Assembly (NCBI GenBank): GCA_963841825.1
Contig: CAWJEL010000010.1
Location: 270,762-334,761, forward strand
DNA from: an uncultured Chloroflexia bacterium
GTDB taxonomy: Bacteria; Chloroflexota; Anaerolineae; CG2-30-64-16
DNA length: 64,000 nucleotides
Reading direction: 5' to 3'
Part shown: positions 39,544-51,139 of the stretch, in pieces
How the letters are laid out: every line of letters begins with the position of its first letter
How positions within the stretch are numbered: position 1 is the first letter of the stretch
Notes under the pieces: generated by a model
The model's input: only the letters and a program-made list of their open reading frames with translations
What the model was told of the DNA's origin: nothing
Databases searched by the model: none
Position numbers and translations under genes: made by a program

Positions 39544-40864
39544 ATGACAGAGACAATCGCAAACACTCCAACAGACAGTCCGGCAGGCGCCGACTACGAA
39601 ATCTCGCCGCCTCCCGGCGATGTTGTTTCGCCCCCCTCCGGGAAGCCGGACCGCGTGACGGCGGTCAGCAACCTGGCCCTGGGCAGCCTGCTGATGGCTC
39701 TCGATGCCCTCGATGGTTGGGTGGATCGCAACGTGCCCACCGAGACGCAGGCGCTGGATCAACGCACCAAGGATGCCCCACAAGGTGCGCTGCTGCCGCA
39801 GTCCGAATGGGACGCGACCTACGGCCGGCCGGAGATCGATCGTACGCGTCTTGCCGCTGATGGGCCTGGCCTCGACCGCCAGCGCACAGGCCGTACGGGC
39901 GACGCGGTTCGCTTTGCAGACCGGCGAGCTGGCGGTTGAGGCCGCGCGCTGGCCGCTGGACAACATCTTCCTGTTCAGGCCGTTGCGCTACGGGATCGAT
40001 CGCGTGACGGAAGCCGGGAACCAACGGATCGACCGCTGGGTGGAGGCGGGCAGGGAGCTGGACAGCGGGAGCCGCGCCGTCGCCGTCGTTTCGCTGGATC
40101 GCGCCGCTCAGGGTACCGTGGAGATCGTGACCGTGGAACCCCACGTCCAGGCGCTCGTCCAGGAGATCGTCGCCGCGCAAGGTACAGGCATCGCCGGTGA
40201 GATGATCAAGGAGGTGCGCGAGCACGCTGTCTCGCTGGATCTGGGCGTGGACAGGGCGTGGGCGAGGTTGCGCGGGCGGCCCAAGCCCAACATCGCGACG
40301 CCGGATTTTGCCGTGACTATCCGGGACAAGAAGCCTGAGCCGAAGGAGATGGCCGGCCGGCCCTACCTCGGCGGCGCGTATGCAGGGATCGCGAGCCGGG
40401 TGCTGGCCTTTTCGATCGACGTGTTCGCGCTCATTATCGCTGTGATTATAGGTTGGGTGTTCGTCAAAGCGACTATTTCGATGTTCAACCTTGATCGCCT
40501 GTTCCAGTCCTTGTTGGGCACAAACGGGTTCGGCACGTTACGAATTGTGGCGTGGGGCATGATGGGTCCCCTGATCGCTTGCGTCTACTGGATCTTCGGG
40601 TGGATGTTCATCGGCGGGACGGTCGGCAAGATCGTCATGGGGCTGCGCGTGGTCGGCCCGGGCGGTGCGCGCCTGGGGTTCTGGCGTTCCCTCCGGCGGG
40701 TGATCGGCTACTTCATCTGCGCATTGTCCCTCGGCCTGGGCTTCCTGTGGGTGATCGTGAACAAACGGCACCACGATTGGGCAGACAAACTGGCCGGCTC
40801 GTCGGTCGTCTACGCCTGGCACGCTCGCCCCGACGAGGCGTTTCTGGCGGATCGGAGTGACTGA
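39544..40864 (+). CDS. RDD-family membrane protein with N-terminal extension (apparent frameshift near 39850-39940)
   Basis: C-terminal RDD domain (YAGIASRVLAFSIDVFALII ... WRSLRRVIGYFICALSL ... HDWADKLAGSSVV); N-terminal part in ORF 39544..39939. Confidence 0.6.
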
Positions 40865-41094
40865 ATTGGCTTCCTGGCGCTGTTGCCGTTCGTCGTCGGC
40901 TCTCTGATAATCGGTTTCGTGGTCGATGGCCGCGCCCCCGCCGTCCGCGCTGCTGTATTCCTGATCCGCTGCCCCAACCACGTTGCGGCCGCGCATCGTG
41001 CCTGCTACAATACACTTGCAGCTTTGTTCGGCTCACCTGTCTAACTCGATGTATGCTGCGATAGCAAAGGCGCAACAAGCTGACGAAAGGACCC

Positions 41095-43837
41095 ATGAGC
41101 ACCGGTATTGACCGACAGGTCTTGCTGCGCACGAAGTTCCACCGGCCTCGCCTGGTCGCAGACCTGATTCAACGCCCAAGCCTGAATGAACGGCTGGATG
41201 GCGGCTGGGATCGTCCGTTGATCCTGGTCGCCGCCCCGGCTGGTTTTGGCAAGAGCACGCTGTTGAGCGCCTGGCTGGAGACTAGTGATCGCCCCCATGC
41301 CTGGCTCTCCTTGGACGAAAACGATAACGATCTCGGCGTGTTCCTGGCCTACTTCCTAGGCGCGGTGCGCACGATTTTCCCCGACGCGTTGGCGACGACC
41401 CAAGCGCTTCTGTCTGGTGTCAACCTGCCCCCCGTGACCGTTATTGCCCGCACCCTCCTCAATGAACTTGATGAGTTGGAACGCGACTTTGTCCTGGTAT
41501 TGGACGATTATCACATCATCAGCGAGCAGTCGGTAGACGAGTTGATTTCGGCACTGTTGCAGCATCCGCCAAAACGGATGCGCCTGGTGATCGCTACCCG
41601 GCAGGATCCGCCGATCCCCCTGGGGCTGCTTCGGGCGCGTGCTCAGATCACAGAGATCCGAGGCCAGGATCTTCGCTTCTCCGAGCCGGAGATTGCGAAA
41701 TTTATGGAGCAGACATTGGGAGCGCCCCTGAAAGACGAGGCCATCGGCGTCCTTGTCGAAAAAACGGAAGGCTGGGCCGCGGGGCTGCGCCTGGCGACGC
41801 TGACCCTCCGGTACAGCGGGGAGATCGACGCTCACATCGCCCGGTTACATGCCGAGAACCAGTTCGTGATGGATTATCTGATTAGTGAGGTGCAATCGCA
41901 CGTACCGCCTGCCATCCAGAGTTTCTTGCTGAAGACAGCAATCCTTGATCGTTTGTGCGCGCCGCTGTGTCTGGAGGTCATCGGCCAGGACAGCGCCGAC
42001 TGTCGGACGCAGACCTGTCTGGAATGGTTGGAGCACAGCGGCATGTTCACCACGGCGCTGGACACCCAAAGACAATGGTACCGCTATCACCATCTGTTCC
42101 AGGAGCTTCTGCGAACGAGGATGATGCAACAATTCAGCGCTGATGAAATCGCGGTCCTGCACCTTCGGGCCAGCGCTGTGGTACGCACGTAATGGATCCA
42201 TTGAGGAGGCATTGCACTATGCGCTGGCGGGCCAGGACACGCCGGCGGCTGTCCGGCTGGTGGCGGAGCATCGCCAGGCCCTGATGAACGACGAGCAGTG
42301 GCTTCTGCTGGATCGCTGGCTGCGCATGTTCCGGCCTGAGACAATCGCGGCCTATCCGGATCTGCTCCTGCTGTCAGCCTGGATCACCGACGTGGCGCGG
42401 CTGGATGTCGGATGCGTCATCGATGCGCTTGACCAGGCCGAACGTCTCATCACACAGATGCCGGATCAGCCGGAACACGCCCGTCACCTGATGGGCGAAG
42501 TCGATGCGCTGCGCGCCAAGCTGTATTACCAGTTGGCCACAGATACGGGTGAACTGATCACGCAGACACAGCGGGCGCTCGAAGTCACGCCACGGCAATG
42601 GTATTTGGTGCGCAGCGTAGCCTGGCTGCACCTGGCCCTTAGCTACCAGAAAATGGGCAGCCTCGATCGCGCGTATGCCACGCTGGCCGAGGGCCGGCGG
42701 GAAGACACGGCGGAAGCCGGCGTCGTGCGTGGTCGCATCGGCGGTATGAACTGCTACGTCCAATGGATCGCCGGGGACTTGCCGGCGATGCTTCAAACCG
42801 CGGCCGATTTCCTGGACGTTGTCCGGCCACGACACCTGAGCCAGTCGCTCGCGTGGGCGCACCAGTTCCTGAGCTGCGCTTACTATCAGCGCAACGAGCT
42901 GGCTGCCGCTGAGACGCACGCCACGGCCTCGTTTGAGCTGCGCTATGCAGGCAATGCCCGACCTTGCCTGTACAGCGCGTTCATCCGTGCATTGATCCAC
43001 CAGGCGCGTGGTTCACCAGGCCAGGCGCGTGATGCTGTCACCTGGGCCATCAGCTACCTGAGAGAAACGAACTGTGAGTCGCTGCTGCCGCTGGCCGAGG
43101 CGTTCCGCGCCGAACTGGCTGTGATGCAGGGCGATGTGGGCGCTGCCAATTCTTGGGCGAACGGGGTCAACTTCCATGTGCCGCTTTCCGTTATGGCGCT
43201 CTTTTACGCCCCTCAACTGACGCCGCTCAAGATCCTCCTGGCTCAAAACACGCCTGCCAGCCGGCAGCGGGCCGCCGCAGCACTCTCTCCGCTGTACGAT
43301 TTCGTGACGACCACCCACAACACGCGGTTCACGATCGAGGTGCTGGCGCTGCAGGCACTGCTTCAGGACGCGGAGGGGGACGAGCGGGCGGCGCTCGCGC
43401 TGCTGGAACAGGCCGTGTCCCTGGCTGAGCCGGGCGGCTTTATTCGTCTCTTCGCCGACCTGGGGCCTCGGATGGCGGGGCTGTTTGCCCGACTGCGACG
43501 CACGGGCGTCGCTCCTGACTACACGGGCCGGATCCTGCAAGCATTCGGCGAAGACACAACCGCTGCGTTCAATCAGGAAGCGGCTCAAAGCGTGGCACAA
43601 GGATCGGTGGTTTCACCCGCGGGACCGCCGGAGCTGATCGAACCTCTGACCGAGCGCGAGCGCGAGATTCTCGTGCTCCTGGCGCAGCGGTTGAGCAACA
43701 AGGAGATCGCACAGGCGTTAGTCATCTCCCCTCAGACGGTCAAACGACACGCGGTCAACCTTTACCAGAAGCTCCAGGTGGGCAGCCGGCGCGAGGCGGT
43801 CGCCAACGCGATCCGTCTCGGCTTGCTGAAAGACTGA
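41095..43837 (+). CDS. MalT-like STAND NTPase / LuxR-family transcriptional regulator, paralog 2 (apparent frameshift near 42140-42195)
   Basis: P-loop LILVAAPAGFGKSTLLSAWLE; C-terminal LuxR HTH LTEREREILVLLAQRLSNKEIAQALVISPQTVKRHAVNLYQKLQV. Confidence 0.8.
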
Positions 43838-43951
43838 TTTTCTCTCGCGGACCCTACATACTCAATACACCCTTTTGGGTCTGGCGCCCCTCTCGGGACC
43901 GCTGTATGCTGCATTCAAAAGCTGAGAAACCCGGGTCGGTGAGGTGTCACA

Positions 43952-44230
43952 ATGGAGCCAGTCAGCAGACGTTTGCTCTACGATCTACCCAGCCGCTACC
44001 GAATACGCGTCGGGGGCTGTTTGAGCGCGAGCTGGGCTGACCGGCTGGGAGGTATGACGATTACCGTGAGGCATGCGCCGAGCCAGCAGCCAGTCACGAC
44101 GCTGACGGGTGAGGTGATCGATCAGGCCGCCCTGATGGGGGTGCTGGACGCGCTCTACGACATGGGGTTTCCCCTGCTCAAGGTCGAACGGCTTGCGTCC
44201 CCGTCATCCGCTGAAGACCTGAACCGCTGA
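43952..44230 (+). CDS. Conserved ~90-aa protein associated with MalT-like regulators (paralog 2)
   Basis: YRIRVGGCLSASWADRLGGMTITVRHAPSQQPVTTLTGEVIDQAALMGVLDALYDMGFPLLKVERL. Confidence 0.65.
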   Translation: MEPVSRRLLYDLPSRYRIRVGGCLSASWADRLGGMTITVRHAPSQQPVTTLTGEVIDQAALMGVLDALYDMGFPLLKVERLASPSSAEDLNR

Positions 44231-44258
44231 ATATGTTCATCTTGAAAGGAGAGAACCA

Positions 44259-44690
44259 ATGACTTACGGACCCATCGATTTGATCGCACTGGAGTTCCCC
44301 GGCAATCGGTTCAAGGGCGAGATCCTGCCCGAGCTGTTTGATTTGGTCGACAAGGGGATCATCCGCATCATCGACCTGGTGGTGATCATGAAGGATCAGG
44401 GCGAGGTGATCGTGCGGGAGCTGCGTGAGCTGGACGCCGCGGACATCACAATGTTCGACCCACTGAAGGCTGACGTGAGCCAGATGATCACGGACAGCGA
44501 CATCGCCATGATTGGGGAGCAGCTCGCCGACAACAGCACGGCGGGGATCATGTTGATCGAGAACCTGTGGGCGAAGAAGACGAAGCAGGCGATGTTGGAT
44601 GCGAATGGCCGGCTGGTGATGTTCGAGCGCATCCCGCATGAGGTCGTGGAAGAGGCGGTGGCCGACATCGCCGCGCTCGCCGTGGCGTAG
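44259..44690 (+). CDS. Conserved 143-aa protein of unknown function (paralog of 59568..59999; distant paralog 50677..51066)
   Basis: RBS gaaaggagag; MTYGPIDLIALEFPGNRFKGEILPELFDLVDKGIIRIIDLVVIMKDQGEV... Confidence 0.7.
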   Translation: MTYGPIDLIALEFPGNRFKGEILPELFDLVDKGIIRIIDLVVIMKDQGEVIVRELRELDAADITMFDPLKADVSQMITDSDIAMIGEQLADNSTAGIMLIENLWAKKTKQAMLDANGRLVMFERIPHEVVEEAVADIAALAVA

Positions 44691-44766
44691 GGATCGAGAA
44701 CCATCTTTCGGGAGCGTTTCCCTGTGGAGCCGATGCCGAGCCAATCGAAAACTATAGGAGGATCAT

Positions 44767-45102
44767 ATGATGCGAAGACGAGGACGACCCATGATGCGTG
44801 CCGCGGCCACGACGGCCGTAGTTGTAGGGACGGCGGGCGCTGTGAGCCACCACCAGCAGCAGAAGTACGCCGGGCAAGAAGCGGCTGTGCAGCAACAGCA
44901 AGATCAAGCCTATGATCAGGGTGTGGCCGACGCGCAGGCGCAGCAACAGCAGGCCGCGCCGCCGCCACCGCCACCCGCTCCGGCGCCGGCAGCCGCGCCT
45001 GACCTGACGGCTCAACTGCAACAGTTGGCGCAATTGCATACCGCTGGCGTGTTGAGCGACGAGGAGTTCGCCGCAGCCAAGCAGAAGCTTTTGGCGGGTT
45101 GA
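44767..45102 (+). CDS. Small protein with Arg-rich N-terminus, predicted TM helix, Gln-rich and Pro/Ala-rich linker, C-terminal SHOCT-like domain
   Basis: RBS aggagga; C-terminus DLTAQLQQLAQLHTAGVLSDEEFAAAKQKLLAG resembles SHOCT (short C-terminal) domain consensus. Confidence 0.65.
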   Translation: MMRRRGRPMMRAAATTAVVVGTAGAVSHHQQQKYAGQEAAVQQQQDQAYDQGVADAQAQQQQAAPPPPPPAPAPAAAPDLTAQLQQLAQLHTAGVLSDEEFAAAKQKLLAG

Positions 45103-45180
45103 CGATCGACTGGTAACTCAGAGGCCGGGTTTCTCACCGAAACCCGGTTCTTTCCAACTTGGAAAGGAAAGGCTATCAAA

Positions 45181-45621
45181 ATGAGATCCAACAAAAATTC
45201 GGGATGTTTGACCGCTTTCGTCTCATCGTTCTCACGCATCATGCTGCTCATGGCCTGGATCGCGCGCCCGGCGATGATGGACCGCACCTTCAGCACGTTC
45301 ATCATCCCGTGTCTCGGTTTCATGTTCCTGCCGTTCACGACGCTGATGTACGTCTTCCTCGCGCAGGGCGTCGGTAACAGCATTCAAGGGCTGGACTGGC
45401 TGTGGCTGTTCCTGGCGGTGATTCTGGATTTCGCCAGCATCGGCGCCGCCGGGGCAACCAACCGCGATCGCATCCCGGCCGGCTACCCGGGCTCGTACGC
45501 AGAGAAGGAATACGTAGCGCCAGCGCCTGCCCAACCGACTGCGGTGGCACCCCCCGCTCCGGCGCAGCCGAGCGCAGAGACACCTCCGCCGCCGGCCGCG
45601 CCGGAACCGCCGACCGACTGA
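45181..45621 (+). CDS. Small polytopic membrane protein, unknown function, Pro/Ala-rich C-terminal tail
   Basis: Three hydrophobic segments (IMLLMAWIA, FIIPCLGFMFLPFTTLMYVFL, WLWLFLAVILDFASIGAAG); paralog at 60614..60955. Confidence 0.65.
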   Translation: MRSNKNSGCLTAFVSSFSRIMLLMAWIARPAMMDRTFSTFIIPCLGFMFLPFTTLMYVFLAQGVGNSIQGLDWLWLFLAVILDFASIGAAGATNRDRIPAGYPGSYAEKEYVAPAPAQPTAVAPPAPAQPSAETPPPPAAPEPPTD

Positions 45622-45944
45622 TCCTTGGCGTCTGGCAATCAAACGGTGCGCCGGCCTTGAGACCGACCACAAGAGGCAACCGACGGATGACCCAGGCGTC
45701 GCGGGTTCGATCTGTCGGTTGCCGCGAAGCGAATTCCTTCAAGTACGTGAAATCTTCGACGAAACGCGGCAGAAATGAACCAGCGTTCAGTTGGTTGCCG
45801 AGCAAACAAGGGCGGATAGAAGTTGCAGTGCTTCCTCATTTGATCGAAGCCCCAATGCCGGATTATTCGTTAGCATATGGTTGAATTGGTTGAATATGTT
45901 GAGCTTCATTGTTGTAGATCTTTCGCTGGCACGGAGAGACTGCG

Positions 45945-47704
45945 ATGTCGACAGATACCCGCGCTGCCGAAAACACGACCGGAATCAGACGTTACATCCC
46001 CATCCTGTCCTGGCTGCCGCGCGATGACCGCTCCTGGCTGCCCGTCGACATCATCGCAGGGCTGACGCTCTGGGGGTTGGTGGTGCCCGAAGCGATGGCC
46101 TATGCGGGCATCGCCGGTCTGCCGCCGCAAGCGGGCCTCTATACGCTGCTGGCCGCGCTGCTTGTCTACGCATTACTCGGCACGTCGCGCCATCTGGTGG
46201 TGCAGGCCACCTCGGCGACGGCCGCGCTGCTGGCGTCGGCGGTGGCAGCGGCGCTGGTGGCCACGGCCGCGGCGAACGCTTCCGATCCGCAAACATACCA
46301 GGCTTACGCGTCGGCCTTCGTCCTGGTCACCGGGTTGGTCTTTCTGGTGGCAGGGCTGGCGCGGCTGGGCTTCATCACGCAGTTTCTGTCCAAACCGGTG
46401 ATGGACGGTTTCATCATGGGCCTTGCCGTCTTTGTGATGGTGGGGCAGCTCAACAAGCTCTTCGGCGTGCCCAAGCCCGAAGGCAACACCGTGGAGAAGC
46501 TGTTCGGGATCATCAAAGAGCTGCCCCAGGCGAACTGGGCGACTTTTGCCGTGGGCGCCATCGCGCTGGCGCTGCTCTTCCTGCTGCCGCGCTGGAACAA
46601 GAAGATCCCGGCCGGCCTGGTGGTGCTGTTCGGCGCCATCGCATTCAGCGCGGCGCTGGATCTCCACGGCAAGTATGGGGTCGAGGTCGTGGGCACGCTG
46701 CCGCAGGGGCTGCCCTCGCTGGTCTTCCCGCGAGCGCCGCTCACGACCTATCTGGCGATGGTGCTGCCGGCCATGGGCGTGCTGCTGGTAGCGTACAGCG
46801 AGGCGCTGGGCGTGGCGCACGAGTTTGCCGAGAAACACGGCTATGAGGTGGACGCGGATCAGGAGTTGAACGCCCACGCGGCGGCGAATCTGGTGAGCGT
46901 CGCTGTTCGGCGGCATGCTCGCCGCCGGCAGCATGTCGGCCTCGGCGGTCAAAGAAGGCGCGGGCGCCCGCAGCCAGGTGACCAACCTGATCACCTGGGT
47001 CGTGACGATCGTCACCGTGCTCTTCCTCACGCCCTTGTTTACGACGCTGCCCGAAGCCGTGCTGGCGCGCTGATCATTCATGCGCTGTGGCACATTCTCA
47101 GCGTGCGCAAGCTGAAGAAGATCCGGCACGCGTCGCGGGTCGAGTTCTGGTTTGGCGCGTGCTGGCGCTGGCCGGCGTATTGTTGATCGATGTGCTGGAA
47201 GGCATGATCATCGGGGTGGTGGCCTCGCTGGTGTTTGTTATCTACAAGTCGAGCCGGCCGCACATCTCCTCGCTGGGCCGGATTCCCGGCGTGCCCGGCG
47301 CCTACTCGGACCTGGGCCGGCATCCTGAGGATGCGCCGGTGCCGGGCGTGTTGATCGTACGGGTCGATGGGCAGTTGTACTACGCCAACGCTCGCACCGT
47401 GCGTGATCAGATCAAGGCCATGATCGCTGCCATGGATGCGCCACCCCGGGCTGTGATCCTCGACTCCACGGCTTGGGACCAGCTCGATCTGACTAGCATG
47501 GATACCCTGAAGGGTCTGGTGAAAGAGCTGCAAGGGCAAGGCATCGCCGTGTACCTGGCAGAGGTGCATGCGCCCGTGCTCGAGTATGGCCGCCAGATGG
47601 GGCTGCTCGAATTGGTCGGGGAAGACCGGGTGTTCCCGACCGTCGATGCCGCCGTGCAGCATCTCGGGACCTATCACAAGGGCAACAAGGAGATGAGTCA
47701 ATAA
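45945..47704 (+). CDS. SulP family anion permease with STAS domain, paralog 2 (three or more apparent frameshifts between 46890 and 47190)
   Basis: IPILSWLPRDDRSWLPVDIIAGLTLWGLVVPEAMAYAGIAGLPPQAGLYT; STAS domain in ORF 47087..47704. Confidence 0.75.
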
Positions 47705-47753
47705 CCAATCATGAGAGCTCTGCCCCGGAGTCAAACTGAGATAGGAGGATCAC

Positions 47754-48221
47754 ATGAATAAGGTTTCCCGTTTGTTGGCGTTGGTATGCCTCAGCCTCGT
47801 GCTCGTCGTGCCGGTGGCGTGCGTGCCGCCGCCCACCCCGGTGCCGGCTGCTGCCACGCCATCTAACACGATCACGAACATCGTCTGGCAATGGACGAGC
47901 GTCACCAATCGGTCGACCGGCGAAACGACCGAGGTCCCCAACCCGCAGGACTACACCATCACCTTCCGGGATGATGGCACGCTGAACGGCAAGGCCGACT
48001 GTAACACCTTCAGCGGCACCTACTCGCAAGAGAGCGGCTTCTCGATCAAGCTCGGCCCCTCGACGATGGCCTACTGCGGTGAAGCTTCGTTAGACCAGCA
48101 GTATCTTCAGTTGTTGAGCGCGATCGCAGCGGGCGGGCCTGACGGCGCCGGTAACCTGGCGCTGGAGACCGCCGGTGGCGAGCAGCGCATGTTGTTCGTG
48201 AACGGCGGCGTCGCACAGTAG
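47754..48221 (+). CDS. META-domain (HslJ-like) lipoprotein
   Basis: Signal peptide + lipobox-like VACV; WQWTSV...TITFRDDGTLNGKADCNTFSGTY pattern of META/DUF306. Confidence 0.7.
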   Translation: MNKVSRLLALVCLSLVLVVPVACVPPPTPVPAAATPSNTITNIVWQWTSVTNRSTGETTEVPNPQDYTITFRDDGTLNGKADCNTFSGTYSQESGFSIKLGPSTMAYCGEASLDQQYLQLLSAIAAGGPDGAGNLALETAGGEQRMLFVNGGVAQ

Positions 48222-48234
48222 ACAAAAAGGAGAT

Positions 48235-50615
48235 GTGATGGCAATCAAGACTTACAAAGACGGAACCCCCTTTACCGGTGTGATCGGACGCACGACGGAG
48301 GAGTCCTCGCCGGCCTGGCCGGAATCGCCGCGTCCCCCAGCGGGCGCGCCTAACGTGCTCTTCTTCGTGCTGGACGATGTCGGCTACGGCCAGTTGTCCT
48401 GCTTCGGCGGGCTGGTCGAGACGCCCGTGTTGGACAGCGTGGCCGCCAGCGGGCTGTGCTACACCAACATGCACACCACCGTGTTGTGCTCGCCCTCGCG
48501 CGGCTGCATCCTGACCGGGCGCAACCACCACTCGATCGGGCTGGCCTCGATCACCGAGACCTCCACCGGCTACCCTGGCTACAACGGCATCCTGCCCTTC
48601 GACAGGGGCATGATCAGCGAGATGCTGCTGCAGAAAGGCTACAACACCTTCTGCGTCGGCAAGTGGCACCTGACGCCGCCCGAGCACACGACCGCCGCCG
48701 GGCCTTATGACCGCTGGCCGCTCGGCCGCGGCTTCGAGCGCTACTACGGCTTCCTGGGCGGCGAAACCAACCAGTGGTTCCCCGAGTTGACCTACGATAA
48801 CCACACCGTGGAGCCGGCCAGAACGCCAGCAGAGGGCTACCACCTGAGCAGCGACCTGGCCGACAAAGCCATCGAGTTCATCCAGGATGCGCATGTCAAT
48901 GCGCCGGACAAGCCCTTCTTCATGTATTACGCCACCGGCGCTGGCCATGCCCCGCATCATGTTCCTCAGGAGTGGGCGGACAAGTACAAGGGCAAGTTTG
49001 ACATGGGCTGGGACAAATACCGCGAGGTCGTCCACCAGCGCCAGCTCGAGATGGGCATCATCCCGCCGGGCACCGAACTGTCGGCGCATGACCCCGATGT
49101 GCCGGTGTGGGACACTCTGCCAGCGGATGCGAAGCGGTTGTATTCCCGCTTCATGGAGGTCTATGCCGGATTCGTCAGCTTCACCGATCATCACTTCGGG
49201 CGCATCCTCGACTTCCTGAGAGAGCTTGGCGAGCTGGACAACACACTGATTATGGTTGTCTCCGACAACGGCGCCAGTTCCGAAGGCGGCCCGGTCGGCT
49301 CGCTCAACGAGATGTTCTTCTTCAACAACGTGAAGGAATCGCTGGAAGATAATCTCAAGATGATCGACAAGCTGGGCGGTGTCGAGTCCAACAACCACTA
49401 CCCATGGGGCTGGACCAACGCCGGCAACACGCCCTTCCGCCGCTGGAAGCGGGAGACCTATCGGGGCGGCACCACCGACCCGTGCATCGTCTCCTGGCCG
49501 AAGGGTATCAAAGCAAAGGGCGAGATTAGAACACACTACGGACACGTCATCGACTTCGTCCCGACGGTGTTGGAAGCGTTGGGAGCAGAAGCGCCGGAGA
49601 GCATCCGCGGCGTGAGCCAGGCGCCCATCGACGGGATCAGCTTCGCCGACACCTTGACCAGGCTGAGGCTCCCAGCAACCACCACACCCAGTACTTTGAG
49701 ATGTTCGGTCACCGCTCGATCTATCACGACGGCTGGCGGGCGGTCTGCCCCTGGCCCGGAACCAGCTTCACCGAGGCTGCAAAGAAGGATCGGCGGTTCG
49801 GTGAACCCATCAGCAACCAGGTGCTCGTGGATATTGAGACCCATAATTGGGAGCTCTACCACATCGATGAGGACTACTCCGAAACCAAGAACCTGGCGGC
49901 CGAGCACCGCGACAAGCTGATCGAAATGATAGGCCGCTGGTGGGCCGAAGCGGGCAAGTATCAGGTGCTGCCCATCGACGGGAGCGCACTCCAGCGCCTC
50001 AATGTGGAGCGCCCGACGATTGCCAAGACACGGAACAAGTTCGTCTTCTACGCCGGCGGGTCGCCGATTCCCTTCGCCGCCTCGCCCAAGACCTACAACC
50101 GGCCCTGGAGTATCACCGCCGAGGTTGTGATCCCGCCGGGCGGCGCAGAGGGCATCCTGCTGGCCCAGGGCGGCAACACCGGCGGCTATACCTTCTTCGT
50201 GAAGAATCAAAGCCTCCACTTCCTCTACAACCATCTTGGCCGTGACAAGTTCTGGCTGCATTCCGACCAGACGATTCCGGAAGGTGAGGTCGAGCTGCGC
50301 TACGAGTTCGAGCCGACCGGCAAGCCCAACCCTGCTCAGGGCATGGGTGTGCCCGCCCGGGGTCAGCTCTACATCAACCGCAAGCTGGTTGCCGACATTG
50401 ATATGCCCTTCTCGATTTTGAACATGTGGGGAACAGAGGGCTTGACCTGCGGCTACGATGGCGGCGATTGCGTGGCGCCGAATGAGTACAGCGATAGATT
50501 CGCATTTACCGGCACGATCAAGCGTGTCACGATGGATCTGTCCGGCGAGTTGATCCCGGACACGGAAGCCGACATGAAGATCGCCATGATGCGGCAGATA
50601 GTCGTTAAGACTTGA
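48235..50615 (+). CDS. Arylsulfatase, Cys-type (formylglycine motif C-S-P-S-R); apparent frameshift near 49680-49700
   Basis: NVLFFVLDDVGYGQLSCFGG, TTVLCSPSRGCILTGRNHH, GKWHLTP; C-terminal part in ORF 49701..50615 joined through NHHTQYFEMFGHRSIYHDGWRA. Confidence 0.85.
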
Positions 50616-50676
50616 CGGGTCTTCGGCGAAGCGGAGCTTCGCACGACCTGTCAGGTCTTACGCAAGGAGTGTTGAC

Positions 50677-51066
50677 ATGCTAGACCTTCCATTGGAATAT
50701 GCTCTGATTGGGTTCGCGGACGCCAAGCCCACAGGCACGGTCGTCCCCGAGCTGCTGGATCTGGCGGAGCGCGGCATCGTGCGCTTCGGGGACATTGTCT
50801 TTATCCACAAGGATGAAGACGGAGCTATCACGACCCTCGAACTGAACGATCTCGACCCCGAACTGTACGAGATGTTCGTCCCCATGGGCGAGCATGTGTC
50901 CAGCTTGTTTACGAACGACGACCTGGCGATCGCGGCGAGCAAACTCTCCAACAATTCGGCAGCATTGCTCTTGTTGTGGGAGAATCTGTGGGTCGCCGAT
51001 CTCCGCAAGGCCATCGTGGACGCCGGCGGCGAACTGGTGGAGCGCGCCCAGATCGCGCCGAAGTAG
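50677..51066 (+). CDS. Distant paralog of the 143-aa conserved protein family
   Basis: MLDLPLEYALIGFADAKPTGTVVPELLDLAERGIVRFGDIVFIHKDEDGAI parallels MTYGPIDLIALEFPGNRFKGEILPELFDLVDKGIIRIIDLVVIMKDQGEV. Confidence 0.55.
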   Translation: MLDLPLEYALIGFADAKPTGTVVPELLDLAERGIVRFGDIVFIHKDEDGAITTLELNDLDPELYEMFVPMGEHVSSLFTNDDLAIAASKLSNNSAALLLLWENLWVADLRKAIVDAGGELVERAQIAPK

Positions 51067-51139
51067 TCGAGCAGTTCGTGCAGGCGCTGGCCGCGGAATA
51101 GCAGCCTTTACGCACCATCTTCTGAGAGGAGTGAGCATC

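Noticed and set aside
45676-45735. tRNA-like fragment (gcgggttcgatc resembling a T-arm) inside a hairpin ggcaaccgac...gtcggttgcc
   Set aside because: No complementary 5-bp T-stem around the TTCGATC loop and no cloverleaf or acceptor stem can be drawn. Likely just an intergenic stem-loop.
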